Origin: Felis catus
Lineage: Eukaryota
NCBI RefSeq assembly: GCF_018350175.1
Contig: NC_058368.1
Location: 30,940,001-31,004,000 of the forward strand
Direction: 5' to 3'
DNA: 64,000 nucleotides
The position numbers were made by a program, and so were the translations under genes. The notes beneath the pieces were generated by a model that was given only the letters and a program-made list of their open reading frames with translations, had not been told where the DNA came from and did not search any database. Shown piece by piece: positions 13,860 through 25,346 of this stretch; the first letter of the stretch is position 1, and each line of letters opens with the position of its first letter.

Positions 13860-14435
13860 TATAAATCTGATCCTAATTCTCCCTGAACTAAAATCCCTTA
13901 AATGGCCCCACATTTCCACACAGCAAAGCCCAAACTATGTATCAAGGCCACAAATGCTTCCATGGTTTGGCCCCCATTGGGTGCATTTTTAACCTTGTCA
14001 ATTGCATGAAACTCTTCTCAATCTTACTGTCTATTCTCCAACATAACGAAGAAACTTACATTCACACTTAATGTAAGTGTTCGCATTTGTTGTTGTATTA
14101 AATACCTACCATCATGCTCTATCCTGCCAGCCACCCCCCAACATGTACACATACATTCTTATCCTACCAATATGTCTTTCATCAAACATTTTAATAGCCT
14201 CCTCTCTAAAGCTTTTCTTGTGCTATCCACCCATTTTTGCCTCTTAAGCCCACTGCTTTTTCTATTTAACCTCTTTTCCATTTCCTACCTACTACATTTA
14301 TTTAGTAAGTAATCTCACTACACTTGATTTTAATTTTGAATAATAGGGTTTGCCTAATTAATCCCATATCTTGCATTTTCTAGAAAAAGGCCTGGTGTAT
14401 ATAGGTACTTTAATGAAAAAATAAAAGAATGAATA
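13860..14435 (+). mobile_element. L2 3' fragment
   Basis: 'aaatcccttaaatggcccccacattt' and end 'gcctggtgtatataggtact...gaatgaat'. Confidence 0.6.
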
Positions 14436-15527
14436 TATATTATGTGTTCACTGGCCAACCCTTTTCAAAAGGTCAAAAGATAAAACTAATCCATCACTTC
14501 AAAGTAGCCATTGAACTTATACTTTCACAAGTTATAGGTTTATACTTCATAGACCATACTGTCATTTAAAAACCTTTTTAAATTAACAACAGTATATATC
14601 AATGTGTATTATAACTTAATATTCCAAAATGGGTATTAAAAGACCTGCCAAATTAAACAATAACAATAACATACAAAGGAATTGGATGAATTTTTGATTA
14701 AAGTTGCTTTGTCCTTATATTCATTGAAGTACCTATTTATAAATCTAACATCTCAAAATGTGCATTATTCAATGATTTAAACATCATGTCTCATCTAATG
14801 CATAATAGTAAAAGTATATATTATTTATCATAAATTCTCCATGAAGTTTTTAAGTGAAAGTCAATTTTAAGTATATGGTTGCAGAAATAGTTGTTTTATC
14901 TAGTTACTTTTACTTAGAATCCTTAAAGCACTTCTAAAAAGATGCACTGAAACAAATTGTTTTAGTAAAAAATATGTAGACATTAAATTATTGAGCTATC
15001 CATGCATAATTTAGATAATTGCATTTAGAAGATATCCTGTTTGATGAAAGTCTGTAAAAGGGAGATTAAATACTGTGTATTCTTAGAAGATTTTCTTTTC
15101 AAGAATTTGTGGCATGTTGTGATAATTTGCATAAAACTATCAATATTAGGCCAACTTACCAGCGCTGCTATGAAGAATCTTATGAGCTGCTTATGAAAAT
15201 TGCCCCATTTCTACTTCAGATTCCTGGAGAAATTGTCTTACAACTAGTCAATTTGTACATTAAAAGATACCTTGTGCAATTTTAATTATAAATGGAAGTC
15301 ACAGAATCCATGAAAGCAGACACTTCCATTTTGCATGGTGTCAAAATAATCAGTCAAGTCAGGAAATAAACGAGGGAGGGAGGAGAAGGTGAGGGAGTAA
15401 AGGGGAAGGGAGTTAGGTTGGTAGTTGCATATTGTAGATATCATCAGTTGGCGCATGAAACACTTTTGAGTTTAAAGTGAACATGGGTAGAAGTCATCAA
15501 CTTAACCAAAAAATTATGAAACATTTA

Positions 15528-16132
15528 TAAGTCCACAATTTCTCATACAAACAATTGGGACACGAAAAATATGGAAATTTGGAATCTTTCAGATTTTATC
15601 AAGGAAACATGGGAAATATATTTTATGATATATAACATCTCAGTGGGGACTGGGACACCCTATAATTAAGCACTTTATTTATTTATATAACATATGAAAC
15701 ATATGACTTTTCAAATATCATAGAATAAAGACTGCCATGGGGCGCCTGGGTGGCGCAGTCGGTTAAGCGTCCGACTTCAGCCAGGTCACGATCTCGCGGT
15801 CTGTGAGTTCGAGCCCCACGTCGGGCTCTGGGCTGATGGCTCAGAGCCTGGAGCCTGTTTCTGATTCTGTGTCTCCCTCTCTCTCTGTCCCTCCCCCGTT
15901 CATGCTCTGTCTCTCTGTCCCCAAAAAATTAAATAAACATTGAAAAAAAAAAAAAGACTGCCATTAGTCATACGTCAATTTTGGATCAGTTTTGCCAGCA
16001 AATGTGTTCTGGTGAAATTAGGTTGTGTTGCCAAATGAGATTTTTAAAAAGAAAGCAATAACAAAAAAGCTCACAACTTTGTTTTTCCCAGAGTTTAGGT
16101 CTTAGGACTGTAGCAAAGGATTGCTGTCCCAC
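15528..16132 (+). mobile_element. MER46C-like TcMar-Tigger fossil, interrupted by a young SINE
   Basis: 'gtccacaatttctcatac...agattttatcaagg...taacatctcagtggggactggg...aataaagact...cgtcaattttggatcagttttgccagcaaatg' follows the MER46C layout as I recall it. Confidence 0.7.
15739..15952 (+). mobile_element. Young felid SINEC_Fc-type Can-SINE
   Basis: 'ggggcgcctgggtggcgcagtcggttaagcgtccgacttcagccaggtcacg' with CpGs retained. Perfect TSD aaagactgccat at 15727-15738 and 15953-15964. Confidence 0.96.
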
Positions 16133-16330
16133 ACTGCATGATTGTGGTGCAATACCGAGTGTATATTCAAATTCCTGTTGAAGAGACATTTATATACATG
16201 AAAAAAAATAGACTGTTTGTGTCACTGTAACATATAACCCAGGGCTTCAGTTCTGTGGTTCAGGTAGTATGACAGCAAAGGTAAACTATTAAGTCAGTAT
16301 ACATGGAAGGGACAGTTAAAAGTAATGTTT

Positions 16331-16533
16331 GTGGTTGCCTGGGTGGCTCAGTCGGTTAAACATCTGACTTCGGCTCAGGTCATGATCTCACCGTTCCTGA
16401 GTTCGAGCCCCACATCAGGTTCTCTGCTGTCAATGCAGAGCCTGCTTTAGATCCTCTGTCCCCCTCTCTCTGTGTCCCTCCCCCATGTGTTCTCTCTCTC
16501 TCTCTCAAATGAATAAGTAAAAACTTTTTAAAA
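16331..16533 (+). mobile_element. Can-SINE
   Basis: Head 'gcctgggtggctcagtcggttaa', (CT)n and A-tail. Confidence 0.93.
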
Positions 16534-18027
16534 AGTATAATTTGTGTGTTGGTGTGAATAGGGGGTCTTGGCAAGCAAAATTCAGAAAGATCACAAAGTT
16601 CTTGCTGCAGTTGCACAGATGCTTATGATTTGAAAAATCAACAGAGATTCTGGTATCTCCTCTCTCCAACTGAGGTCCCGTGGATAAGTGAGGAGTTCAT
16701 GCAACAGCACGTCACAGGTATCATATGAGCTGTACGCCTCATCTTCTGTGGCAAGTCACCAACCTTTGCCTCAGCACTGGAGAAGGCCTCACTGAGGAAG
16801 TTCAGGCTCCATTGAGTTTTGGGTGGGTGAATTGTCCTCCACTCAGACCACTTAAGGACCGCCACTGTGCTTTCACGCATGCGTGGGAAACCATGACAGT
16901 GGACCTGCTGCTACTGGTTATGTTGGACCGTGGTGACTCACCACCAATGGCTGGGTCTGTGCCCAGATGAGATCGGATAGACCAGTGTGCAGACCGCATC
17001 AGCCCCGGTTCCAGCTGTGGTTGCTACACTGAGTACAACCACTGTATTAATTGTCTGCGTTCTGCTTCTTAGTATGTTTCCTCTCTTTTCATATCTTCCA
17101 TTTCTCTCATTTGTATTCACCTGCATGTTTAGGCCCCCTTGGGTAGAGTGAGATGTGAAATATGACTTGGAATTTATGGAAACAGTTTAAAAAAAGGAGT
17201 TAATGTTTTATTTAATAAAGTAACAGCCATGTAAAATATAGAAGAGCATGATTAAACTTGAGGTTTTCCCATAAAAATTACAACTCAGTAAGTAGATGTT
17301 GTGAGCCATGGATGGATATTTCAGCTGTGGATGATGCAACAGCTTCTTGTCAGTGAAAAAGAGGAACTCCGTATAGGCAACAGTTGTAGTCACAGTATTT
17401 GCCAAATTCAATACATATAAAATAATAATGGAGGCAGTCATCTCTAAAGGCTGGCAGACAGCAGACCAGCTGAGCCAAAGCAGTGAAAGAAAAAATATTT
17501 TTTCCCCCAAAACAAAAAGAAATTGGGAACCATCCAACCCACTGGTTAAGAATAAAAGCCTCAGTTGGAAGCTAAATGGGGAGCACAGAAGCACTAGTCT
17601 AAACAGAATTAAAAAGAAAAAAGTTGAAGAGAAAAAAAGAAATTCTAAGACCTTAAACATGACTACAGCTCCTCAGGGTAAAGATATTTTCCCACTGCAG
17701 GTGACCTTTAGAATGTTACCATATCCATACAATTTAAAGGAGAACATCTAACATCTACCAGAGACAGTTTGATTTTTATTTCTTAAATCAACTACTGAAA
17801 ATTTATCCTAAGGGTCTATGACTCTTTTCTGTATAGTGTGTGGACCTAAAACCATTTGACAAACAAAGCGTTGAAGACTCTGATCTTGTGGTTAGATCTG
17901 GGGAGTCTTCACTCAATACTTGAGAAAAGAATAATAATAAATTCAATATGTTCTGCCAAAACTATGCTTCAGATATTTAGGTAAACAATTGGTAACTCCA
18001 GAAGTTGTAGCCTTATTTGCTTTAACC

Positions 18028-18068
<41 letters not shown>
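18028..18068 (+). repeat. (TTG)n microsatellite
   Basis: Direct reading. Confidence 0.97.
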
Positions 18069-18101
18069 ATATTGCTGTTGCTTAAGAAATTACTGAGTAA
18101 A

Positions 18102-18324
18102 GGGGCACCTGGGTGGCTCAGTTAGTTAGGCATCCAAGTCTTGATTTGGGCTCAGGTCATGATCTAGTGGTTTCATGGATTCAAGCCCCACATCGGGCTC
18201 TGTGCTGAGAGCCTGGGGCCTGCTTCGGATTCTGTATCTTCTTCTATCTCTGCCCCTCCTCCCCTCGTGCTGTTCCTCTCTCTTTCTCTCCCAAAAATAA
18301 ACAGTAAAAAATTAAAAAAAAAAA
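18102..18324 (+). mobile_element. Can-SINE
   Basis: Full head to tail. Degenerate TSD aagaaattactgagtaaa / aagaagttactgggcaaa. Confidence 0.94.
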
Positions 18325-19883
18325 AAGAAGTTACTGGGCAAAATACTAGTAACTATTTTGTATTATTGGTCAATCCAGGGAAAGACTGCAGTTCTTGCCT
18401 TGGTGATGGTATAAAAATGGGAATTAGATTTAGGGTTTTTACGTTTTACCTGACATAAATTTAATATTTTCACGTTTCATATCACATTTTACATTCAACT
18501 GAATTTAAAATCAGAAGAATTGCACAGAAAAACAATACTCAAGGAGTTCTCAAATGATATTTACTAGTAAGTTTATGTATTTTTTAAATGAGCCCAGTTA
18601 TGTTTTTCTTCAATGTATTCACTAGAAAGTTTCCCTGAAATGTATTCCTAGCAGTTCTACAGTTTCTGTAAATTAAACACACTCTTGTTTGCTAAGTAAA
18701 CCTGGGCAAACAAGGTGCTACTTTTGACTTCATTTTTCCCCCTTTATTTGAAAGGAGCGTTGACTGTCCTGGGCTAAGGTGGCAGAATAAAACCAGATCA
18801 CAGAAGTTCTCTCACCGAATTCTGACAGATCTGAACTCGTAAGAGTGGACTTTAGCAAATTTTCTATCACTGAAATACAGTTATTTTCCCTAAAAATATG
18901 GAGAAGCAAAGGAAAATGTCTTCCTGGTCAGACTGGTTCCTGATTCCCTGCACCAATCCCCAGAGGCTGTACTGGGGAAAAGGGATAAATAGGAAAAATA
19001 CCTCGCAATCTTCACTAATTCACTTCTTCCCAAAGCACATGTAATCAATTAGAATAGAAATTCACTAGGGTCATAGATGAAAAATCACCTAAAAATAGAA
19101 CATCTAGCCAATAACTAAGGATGTCAGTATCTCAACGTTTCAGGAGTAGATGCAGGATAAAGTACTGAAGCCTGCCATTTCCAGGGCTCCAAGCTGGGAA
19201 TGGTCCAATTTCAGGGATATTCTCCTTAGAAATAGGAAATGCTTTTGTGTATGTTTTAGTTGACACTCTTATAGATCATTTAGCATCATCCCCAAAAAGG
19301 TAATATTCCATCTTCTCAAACAAAAACAAGAACAAAAACAAAAAAGGTTGTTTATAGCCTTAGCTTACCATCCTCTATACTCCCTGTCCCATTCCCTTAG
19401 ATTATAGAAAATCAAGAAGCTAGAACAGGTTGAATGTTACAGATTAGAAAGGCTTTTTTTTTCTGATAAGGTGGAAAAACTCAAGGAGAAATCAATTGAA
19501 TTTTACTAGACCAAATAAAAGATAAAACTAACTACTATTTGTAAAAGTTATAAGAAGAAGAAGAAAAGAGAAACCTGGCATTAAAGAATACTGAAGGGGA
19601 ATACAGTGTACAAAAAAAAATACTGTAAGTCAAGAAAGAGAAGAAAGCATAACAAAACCACAAATTAAAAATAACAGTTTACAAATAAGATAATAGCATG
19701 AAGTGATATATGTGAGGTAGACACACACTACATATACTCATAATATATGTGTGTACATATGTTTGTACACACAGTGCATGTGCATGCACACATAAACACA
19801 GTAAAATTAGTAAAGTTCATTTCCTTTATTTTAGAGCAAGGAATTGATTATTTAATATTAAACCTTAGCCTATAACATAAACA

Positions 19884-20010
19884 CAATATGTTCTGCCAAA
19901 ACTATGGCTATTTGCTTTATTATTTGCTTTAACTTTGTTGTTGTTGTTGTTCTTGTTGTTACATTGCTGTTGCTTAAGAAATCACTGAGTAAAAGGGCAC
20001 CTGGGTGGCT
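19884..20010 (+). repeat. Dispersed local copy of 17944-18118 (templated insertion)
   Basis: Shares 'caatatgttctgccaaaactatg', 'ttatttgctttaac', (TTG)n, 'attgctgttgcttaagaaat' and the SINE head 'gggcacctgggtggct'. Confidence 0.92.
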
Positions 20011-20619
20011 TACAACTTCTCGAGGTTTTTGAGATTTATTCTCTTAACCTAGAGAAATCACTCTCCTCCAGAGACAAATCTGCCAATTCTCTTTAAAATA
20101 AATTAAGTCCCCCCCCCACCTCCTCTGGTCTACATGACAGGATACATGACTCCAAATAGATCCTGAATATGGCATCTTAAAGCTTTATCTACCAGATACA
20201 CACAGTCATGTGTCTTTTTCAAAACCTCAAAATCTCCCAGGGAAAAAGGCACTGACCCAGCTTGCATCAGTACTTTACTCCTAGTTGAGTGAACATACAT
20301 GCACAGAATTTTTCTCATTAAACATGCATGCCCAGCAATTGGTCCCATCACAGCCACATGCCTGGGAAGATTAGATATACCTAGTAAATGAGGACTGCAG
20401 ACTGCTAAACTCCTCAGGTCTCTATTACTACCTGAGTTTTCCACCTGTTTCTGCTGGGAATCGCGATACCTGTGAAATCCATCAAGTCCTTTAACTCCAG
20501 TTATCCCTAAACACAAGTAGATATACAAACTCAACCTGTCTTGTCCTTTTCCTTCTTGCTCAACCTTCTCCCCATTGTCCTCTGCTTCTCCCTTTTACTG
20601 TCACTCCCATACTTCCTTC

Positions 20620-21600
20620 CTGTTCTCTAGAATCCATCTTTCATTATAAACCCACACCTTAAATCTAAGCCTCTTCACATGATTTTCTCTGAACATAGTT
20701 GACATAATTTAACTTTGGCTCTCAGCCTCAGCATACTAATCTCCCCTGCAGCTCTCCTAAAGGGAACACTATATTCTCTTATCCTCCTACACTACTGAGA
20801 ACACAGGAGTCTGAGATGACATTGGCGTCCTCCCAGGTTCCTATTTCCAATTTCAGATGGTTCTTTGACTTTCCTTACATATAAAGCACTTCCCTCCTGA
20901 GGTTCATGACTTCAGACTACACCATCTTCTATCACTACTTATAACTTCTTTTACAGAGTTCCCATCCTTTATACATAATTGATGTTGGCATGTAACTCAT
21001 GTTATTCTCTATCCAGGAACTTTAATCATTAGGATAAATGTGAACCATCTTCCACATTGCAAATGTCTTTACCAGGAATCAATCAGTTTAACCCACTCAC
21101 CCTCTTACTGTTTGGGAAGCTCTGGGCTTTGTGAGCAGCCCAAACTATTATACCTCTGATTACAACTTCATTTGTCTCCACCTCTTTCCATTCGTATTCT
21201 AAGTAAATGTTTTTGATTTCACTGAAGCCTTGTTTCTCCAACCCAACTCATTTTGTCTCTATCAACTTCCTAAACTAGTACAGACATCATGCTACAATTC
21301 AACTATTCTGTTGTCACATATTCAATTCTTTGTACCGTGTTCTCTACTATACTTATTGTAACTTTTCTCTTTGGATCAATATAGCCATTCAACACTTCTA
21401 ATCTTACACCCTGGCTACTAAGCACTTTTGGAGAAAATCACATGGGAAGTGGATCAGAGCCACTTCAAATTCAAGGCATTTACTCTTGGTTTGTCAATGT
21501 TACATACGAGCAATTTTCCATATTTATCATCATCTTTTTAGTATTTTTGTAGTTAGGTGTCCCAAATGGTAACCGTTCTTTATAAATCTCTTTCTGGGAC
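20620..21600 (+). mobile_element. L2 ORF2 relic
   Basis: Pyrimidine-rich L2-like text, e.g. 'ttttggagaaaatcacatgg...ccacttcaaattca'. Confidence 0.5.
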
Positions 21601-21852
21601 TCCTTGATTGTTTTCCTATACCTAGGACTGAAATAAATAAGGTCAGTATAATATTGATATCAGTTTTAATAATTTCTGAAGATCTAAACACAAAGCATTC
21701 ATATTATGGATAGCCACAAGTCATCCAATTTATCTTGAAAATTTTTATTTTAATTACCAATTTTAAAATTAGAAATACAGTATCTAATTAAAAGGAACAT
21801 GAGAGGAGAAAAAATAGAGGCAGATTTTCAAGAATTTTCCCACCTAAAATTA

Positions 21853-22472
21853 CAGCCAATCCTCATTATTTGTGGATTCCTTATTTGCAAATACATTTAC
21901 TTGTTAAAATGTACTTGTAACCCCCAGATCAATACAGTGCTTTTGCAGTCATTGAAAGACATACACAGTGGGGCTAAAATTCGAGTTGCCAGACATTCAT
22001 GTTGTCAGCTGAGGAGAAACAAGGTGACACTGCCTTCTTATTATGACTGTAATACTATAACCATGCATCCTTTCTGTGGTCTTTTTCATGCCTTATTTTT
22101 TGTGCCTTTTGTTGGAGATTTCACCATATAACATGGTCCCCAAGCATAGTACTGAAGGGCTGTCTCAGGTTTCTAAACACAAGAAGCTTGTGATGCACCC
22201 TGCAGGGAAAATACAGAGAAACTCATACTCAGGCATGAATTACAGTGTTGCTTTTTATTAGTTCAATGTTCGTGAATCACAAATATATACTAAATATATT
22301 TGTGTCTTTGAACAAGCACACATAAAATAAGATTATATATTGGTTAGTTGATGAAAATGTCGTGACCAGAGGATTACAATAATGGTTCAGTATTGACTAA
22401 TTCAGTTAATACTAATACTAAGTACTTAGAGACTTAATAAAAGATAATTACCTGAATAATGAGAATCTACCA
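21853..22472 (+). mobile_element. MER82-like TcMar-Tigger MITE
   Basis: Starts 'cagccaatcctcattatttgtggattcc', has internal 'cccaagcatagtactgaag', ends 'gaataatgagaatctacca', and is flanked by TA. Confidence 0.88.
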
Positions 22473-22914
22473 TATGTAGATAATGTTATTAAAGGTATTT
22501 GAGGAGATGTGATAAATGACCCGCTCCTGTATTCCTGGTGGTGACACAAACTGAACTATTACCTATTGGAAACAATACCTACAGGAGCTGCCAATAACTA
22601 GTACATCACTCAGAATATCAGATGGATGAATTTACTATGACCAATAATCTGTTTATTGGGCCATCAATCAAAGTCTTGATGGTTTTCATGTCAGCTTTCT
22701 GGAGGTGAGCCAAATGGCTTAGCAGAGCAAAACAGGTGTCTGTCTTCCTCCTAATAGATAAAGCATGCTTAATAAATAACACAACTCAGCAATAATACTC
22801 TCTAAATAAAAGTCACTGCATCATAAAACGAGCTTACCCCCAAAATAGCAAAAGCTTAGAGATATTCTCAAAAAACCCACAGGGAAAGTGAAATGTAGGG
22901 GATTCAGATTTAAA

Positions 22915-23075
22915 GGGATCACTTTATGCCAGGCAGCACGCTAAAATTTTACGTCATGTCCCTTAGTCTTATGACTTCTTTTTCCTATCAGTATATCAAA
23001 TTCATATGTAAATGAAACAACAGAAAAATTTAGTCAAATATCTTAGTTCACCCAGCTAAAAGATGGAAACGCACA
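22915..23075 (-). mobile_element. MIR fragment
   Basis: 'actttatgccaggcagcacgctaaa...aaatgaaacaacagaa...cacccagctaaaagatgg'. Confidence 0.55.
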
Positions 23076-24069
23076 GTTAGCAACTATTATTGTTCAGAGA
23101 TCACATGCTTTTAACTTAAAAATATAAGATTTTTTACTCTTTTTGCTTCTTACCTTTCTTATGGGTCTGAGAGGGCTCAAACTTCTTTTAAAAATGTGAT
23201 TCAAATCCTTTTAGAAATTTTGAATAGTATTCTGAAATCTATGAAGAATTAGTGTAAAGTAATAGGATTATTTTCCTGTAGGACTTCCATTAGAGGACAT
23301 CTTTTTAAAACTTCATTGCATTACAAAAGTCCATTTTCAAGTTCTTTGATTGTACTTTACCTAATATTTCTTTTAGAAACAAAATTATAATAGATGGATA
23401 GACACTCAGGTACAGAAAATTACTCTTAACATTATGAGTCAATTTTACTTTTGTCAATCCTATATCATAATAGAGGAAGTATCACCTAGTATGTTTCTAT
23501 AGGTAGATGCATTTTGAATTCCAAGTTACTATAGCAAGAACCATTAACCTGAACTCCTTGAACTCTCAGAAACTCCTCATTCCAACTTGCTGAATAGCAG
23601 AAAAGAAGAATTTTCCAATTACGGGTACAGATTCTTTCCAGGGAAAGACTTAGGGAGTAAAATGGAGCTTAAAAGGAGTTGAATTAGAATACTTCTGAGA
23701 TTTTCATTTGCTGCCATGGACTAGGCTGGCATTTGCTGTAATCCACGACTGCAGCTCACTGCTTGATAAACCATATGTTACATAGATGAGCCCTTAGTTA
23801 CTGGAAAGGTGTCTAGACAGTTAGTTGGAAATTTGCATTATCTGCCTCATATTTGCTTCTGTCATCAATACCACAGTGCTTTAAAAATCTGGTTATAGTA
23901 TGGCAATGTGTCCAGAATGTTAATTTCTTCCTTAGGAGTAAATCTCATAGAAAGAAAGATTGAAAACCTTGATATTAAATAAGAAACTACTTTGTAAACA
24001 TCAATCCCATCCTAAAAGTCAAAATATAATGTGTATAAATATTTCTGCCCCTTACACCTTGAATTTATT

Positions 24070-24175
24070 TCAAATTGACTTAGTGTGTATGTACACGATC
24101 TAAGAAAACTATCTCTGAAGTAGGGAATATGCATGTGAATAATTGCAAATTATGGCAAGAATGGTGAACAGTCAA

Positions 24176-24212
<37 letters not shown>

Positions 24213-24326
24213 ACGAAAGAGGAAGAGTCAAATTGACTTAGTGTGTATGTACAGGATCTAAGAAAACTATCTCTGAAGTAGTAGAATATGCATGTGAATA
24301 ATTGCAAATTATGGCAATAATGGTGA

Positions 24327-24380
<54 letters not shown>

Positions 24381-24396
24381 CACCAAAGAGGAAGAG
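24070..24396 (+). repeat. Two-copy tandem duplication (158 and 169 bp), each copy carrying a (TG)n
   Basis: Units 24070-24227 and 24228-24396 both start 'tcaaattgacttagtgtgtatgtaca' and end 'aaagaggaagag'. Confidence 0.96.
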
Positions 24397-25346
24397 TTTA
24401 TGTATAAAAGTTGCTGCCATATGTAGGGCAGGTGTAGTGGTATCCCAGTCTAACACTAAAAATGCTTCATAGAATAATACATTTCCTAGCATTTGAATAG
24501 ATTAACAGCAATAGAAATTGATTGTTCCATCCAGTATTTAACTTGAAATATTGACTAGTGTACCTGATGTATGATATTTCCATTGAGAGAGGTATAGAGT
24601 TCTTGTCTAGAAGATAACCAAAACCAGCTTCTAAAGAAACTACAAAGTTTCTCTCTCTCAACGTTCCTTTTTAAAAAGTTAATGTCCATTATTTAGAGAA
24701 AATGGTTCTCAGAGTTTGTCTTACAAAGAGCAGTTCAATAGCATCTGCACTCTATGTATTGGTGTTTAGACAAGGGTACTTTTTTTTAAAATTTCATACA
24801 TCAATTAAAATTTTGTAATATTCCATGCAGGATTGCACATATTTTTTAAACGTGTGTGTGTGTGTGTGTGCATGTGCATGCACATGCATGTGTGTGTAAG
24901 AGAAAATATTAAAAGAAGCACAACTAAAAAGTTACTCTCCAGTCTTTGACCCAGGATTGTACACATAACAGTTGTACTCTGCAAAACCTTCACCAGGGTG
25001 GAACAATAAAAGGAGAGTGGATCAGAGAAAAACAAAGAAACAAAAAGCCCTGAAGTATGTCCATGGGAACATACTCATTCCAAAAACATTTGAAATGTGT
25101 ATTACTACTGCGATTCTTTTTTATCATTCTTGTTGATAAATACTAAAAGCATTCCGTTTTAGATAGCTAATTTTTTAACATATTTATTACTGTATATATT
25201 ACTACTATATATATACACACATAATGTTTATATTATATATTATATTTTATGTTATATAAATATATATAAACATATATAACTAGGAGGTGGGGTTAAAATA
25301 AAGGTATATACTAAATGCAAAAGCATGATAGGACACAGACCTATTG

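Noticed and set aside
15160..15223. Possible 64-nt minus-strand exon (tttctccag ... g|gtaagt)
   Set aside because: The donor is good, but the pyrimidine tract is short, all three frames have stops and no partner exons were found. A non-coding exon cannot be excluded without RNA data.
17208..17751. Overlapping 150-aa and 107-aa ORFs
   Set aside because: Composition is driven by A/T runs (Phe/Leu or Lys rich), with no recognisable domain or splice context.
24869..24888. 20-bp palindrome tgcatgtgcatgcacatgca
   Set aside because: It lies in an alternating purine-pyrimidine microsatellite where such symmetry arises trivially.
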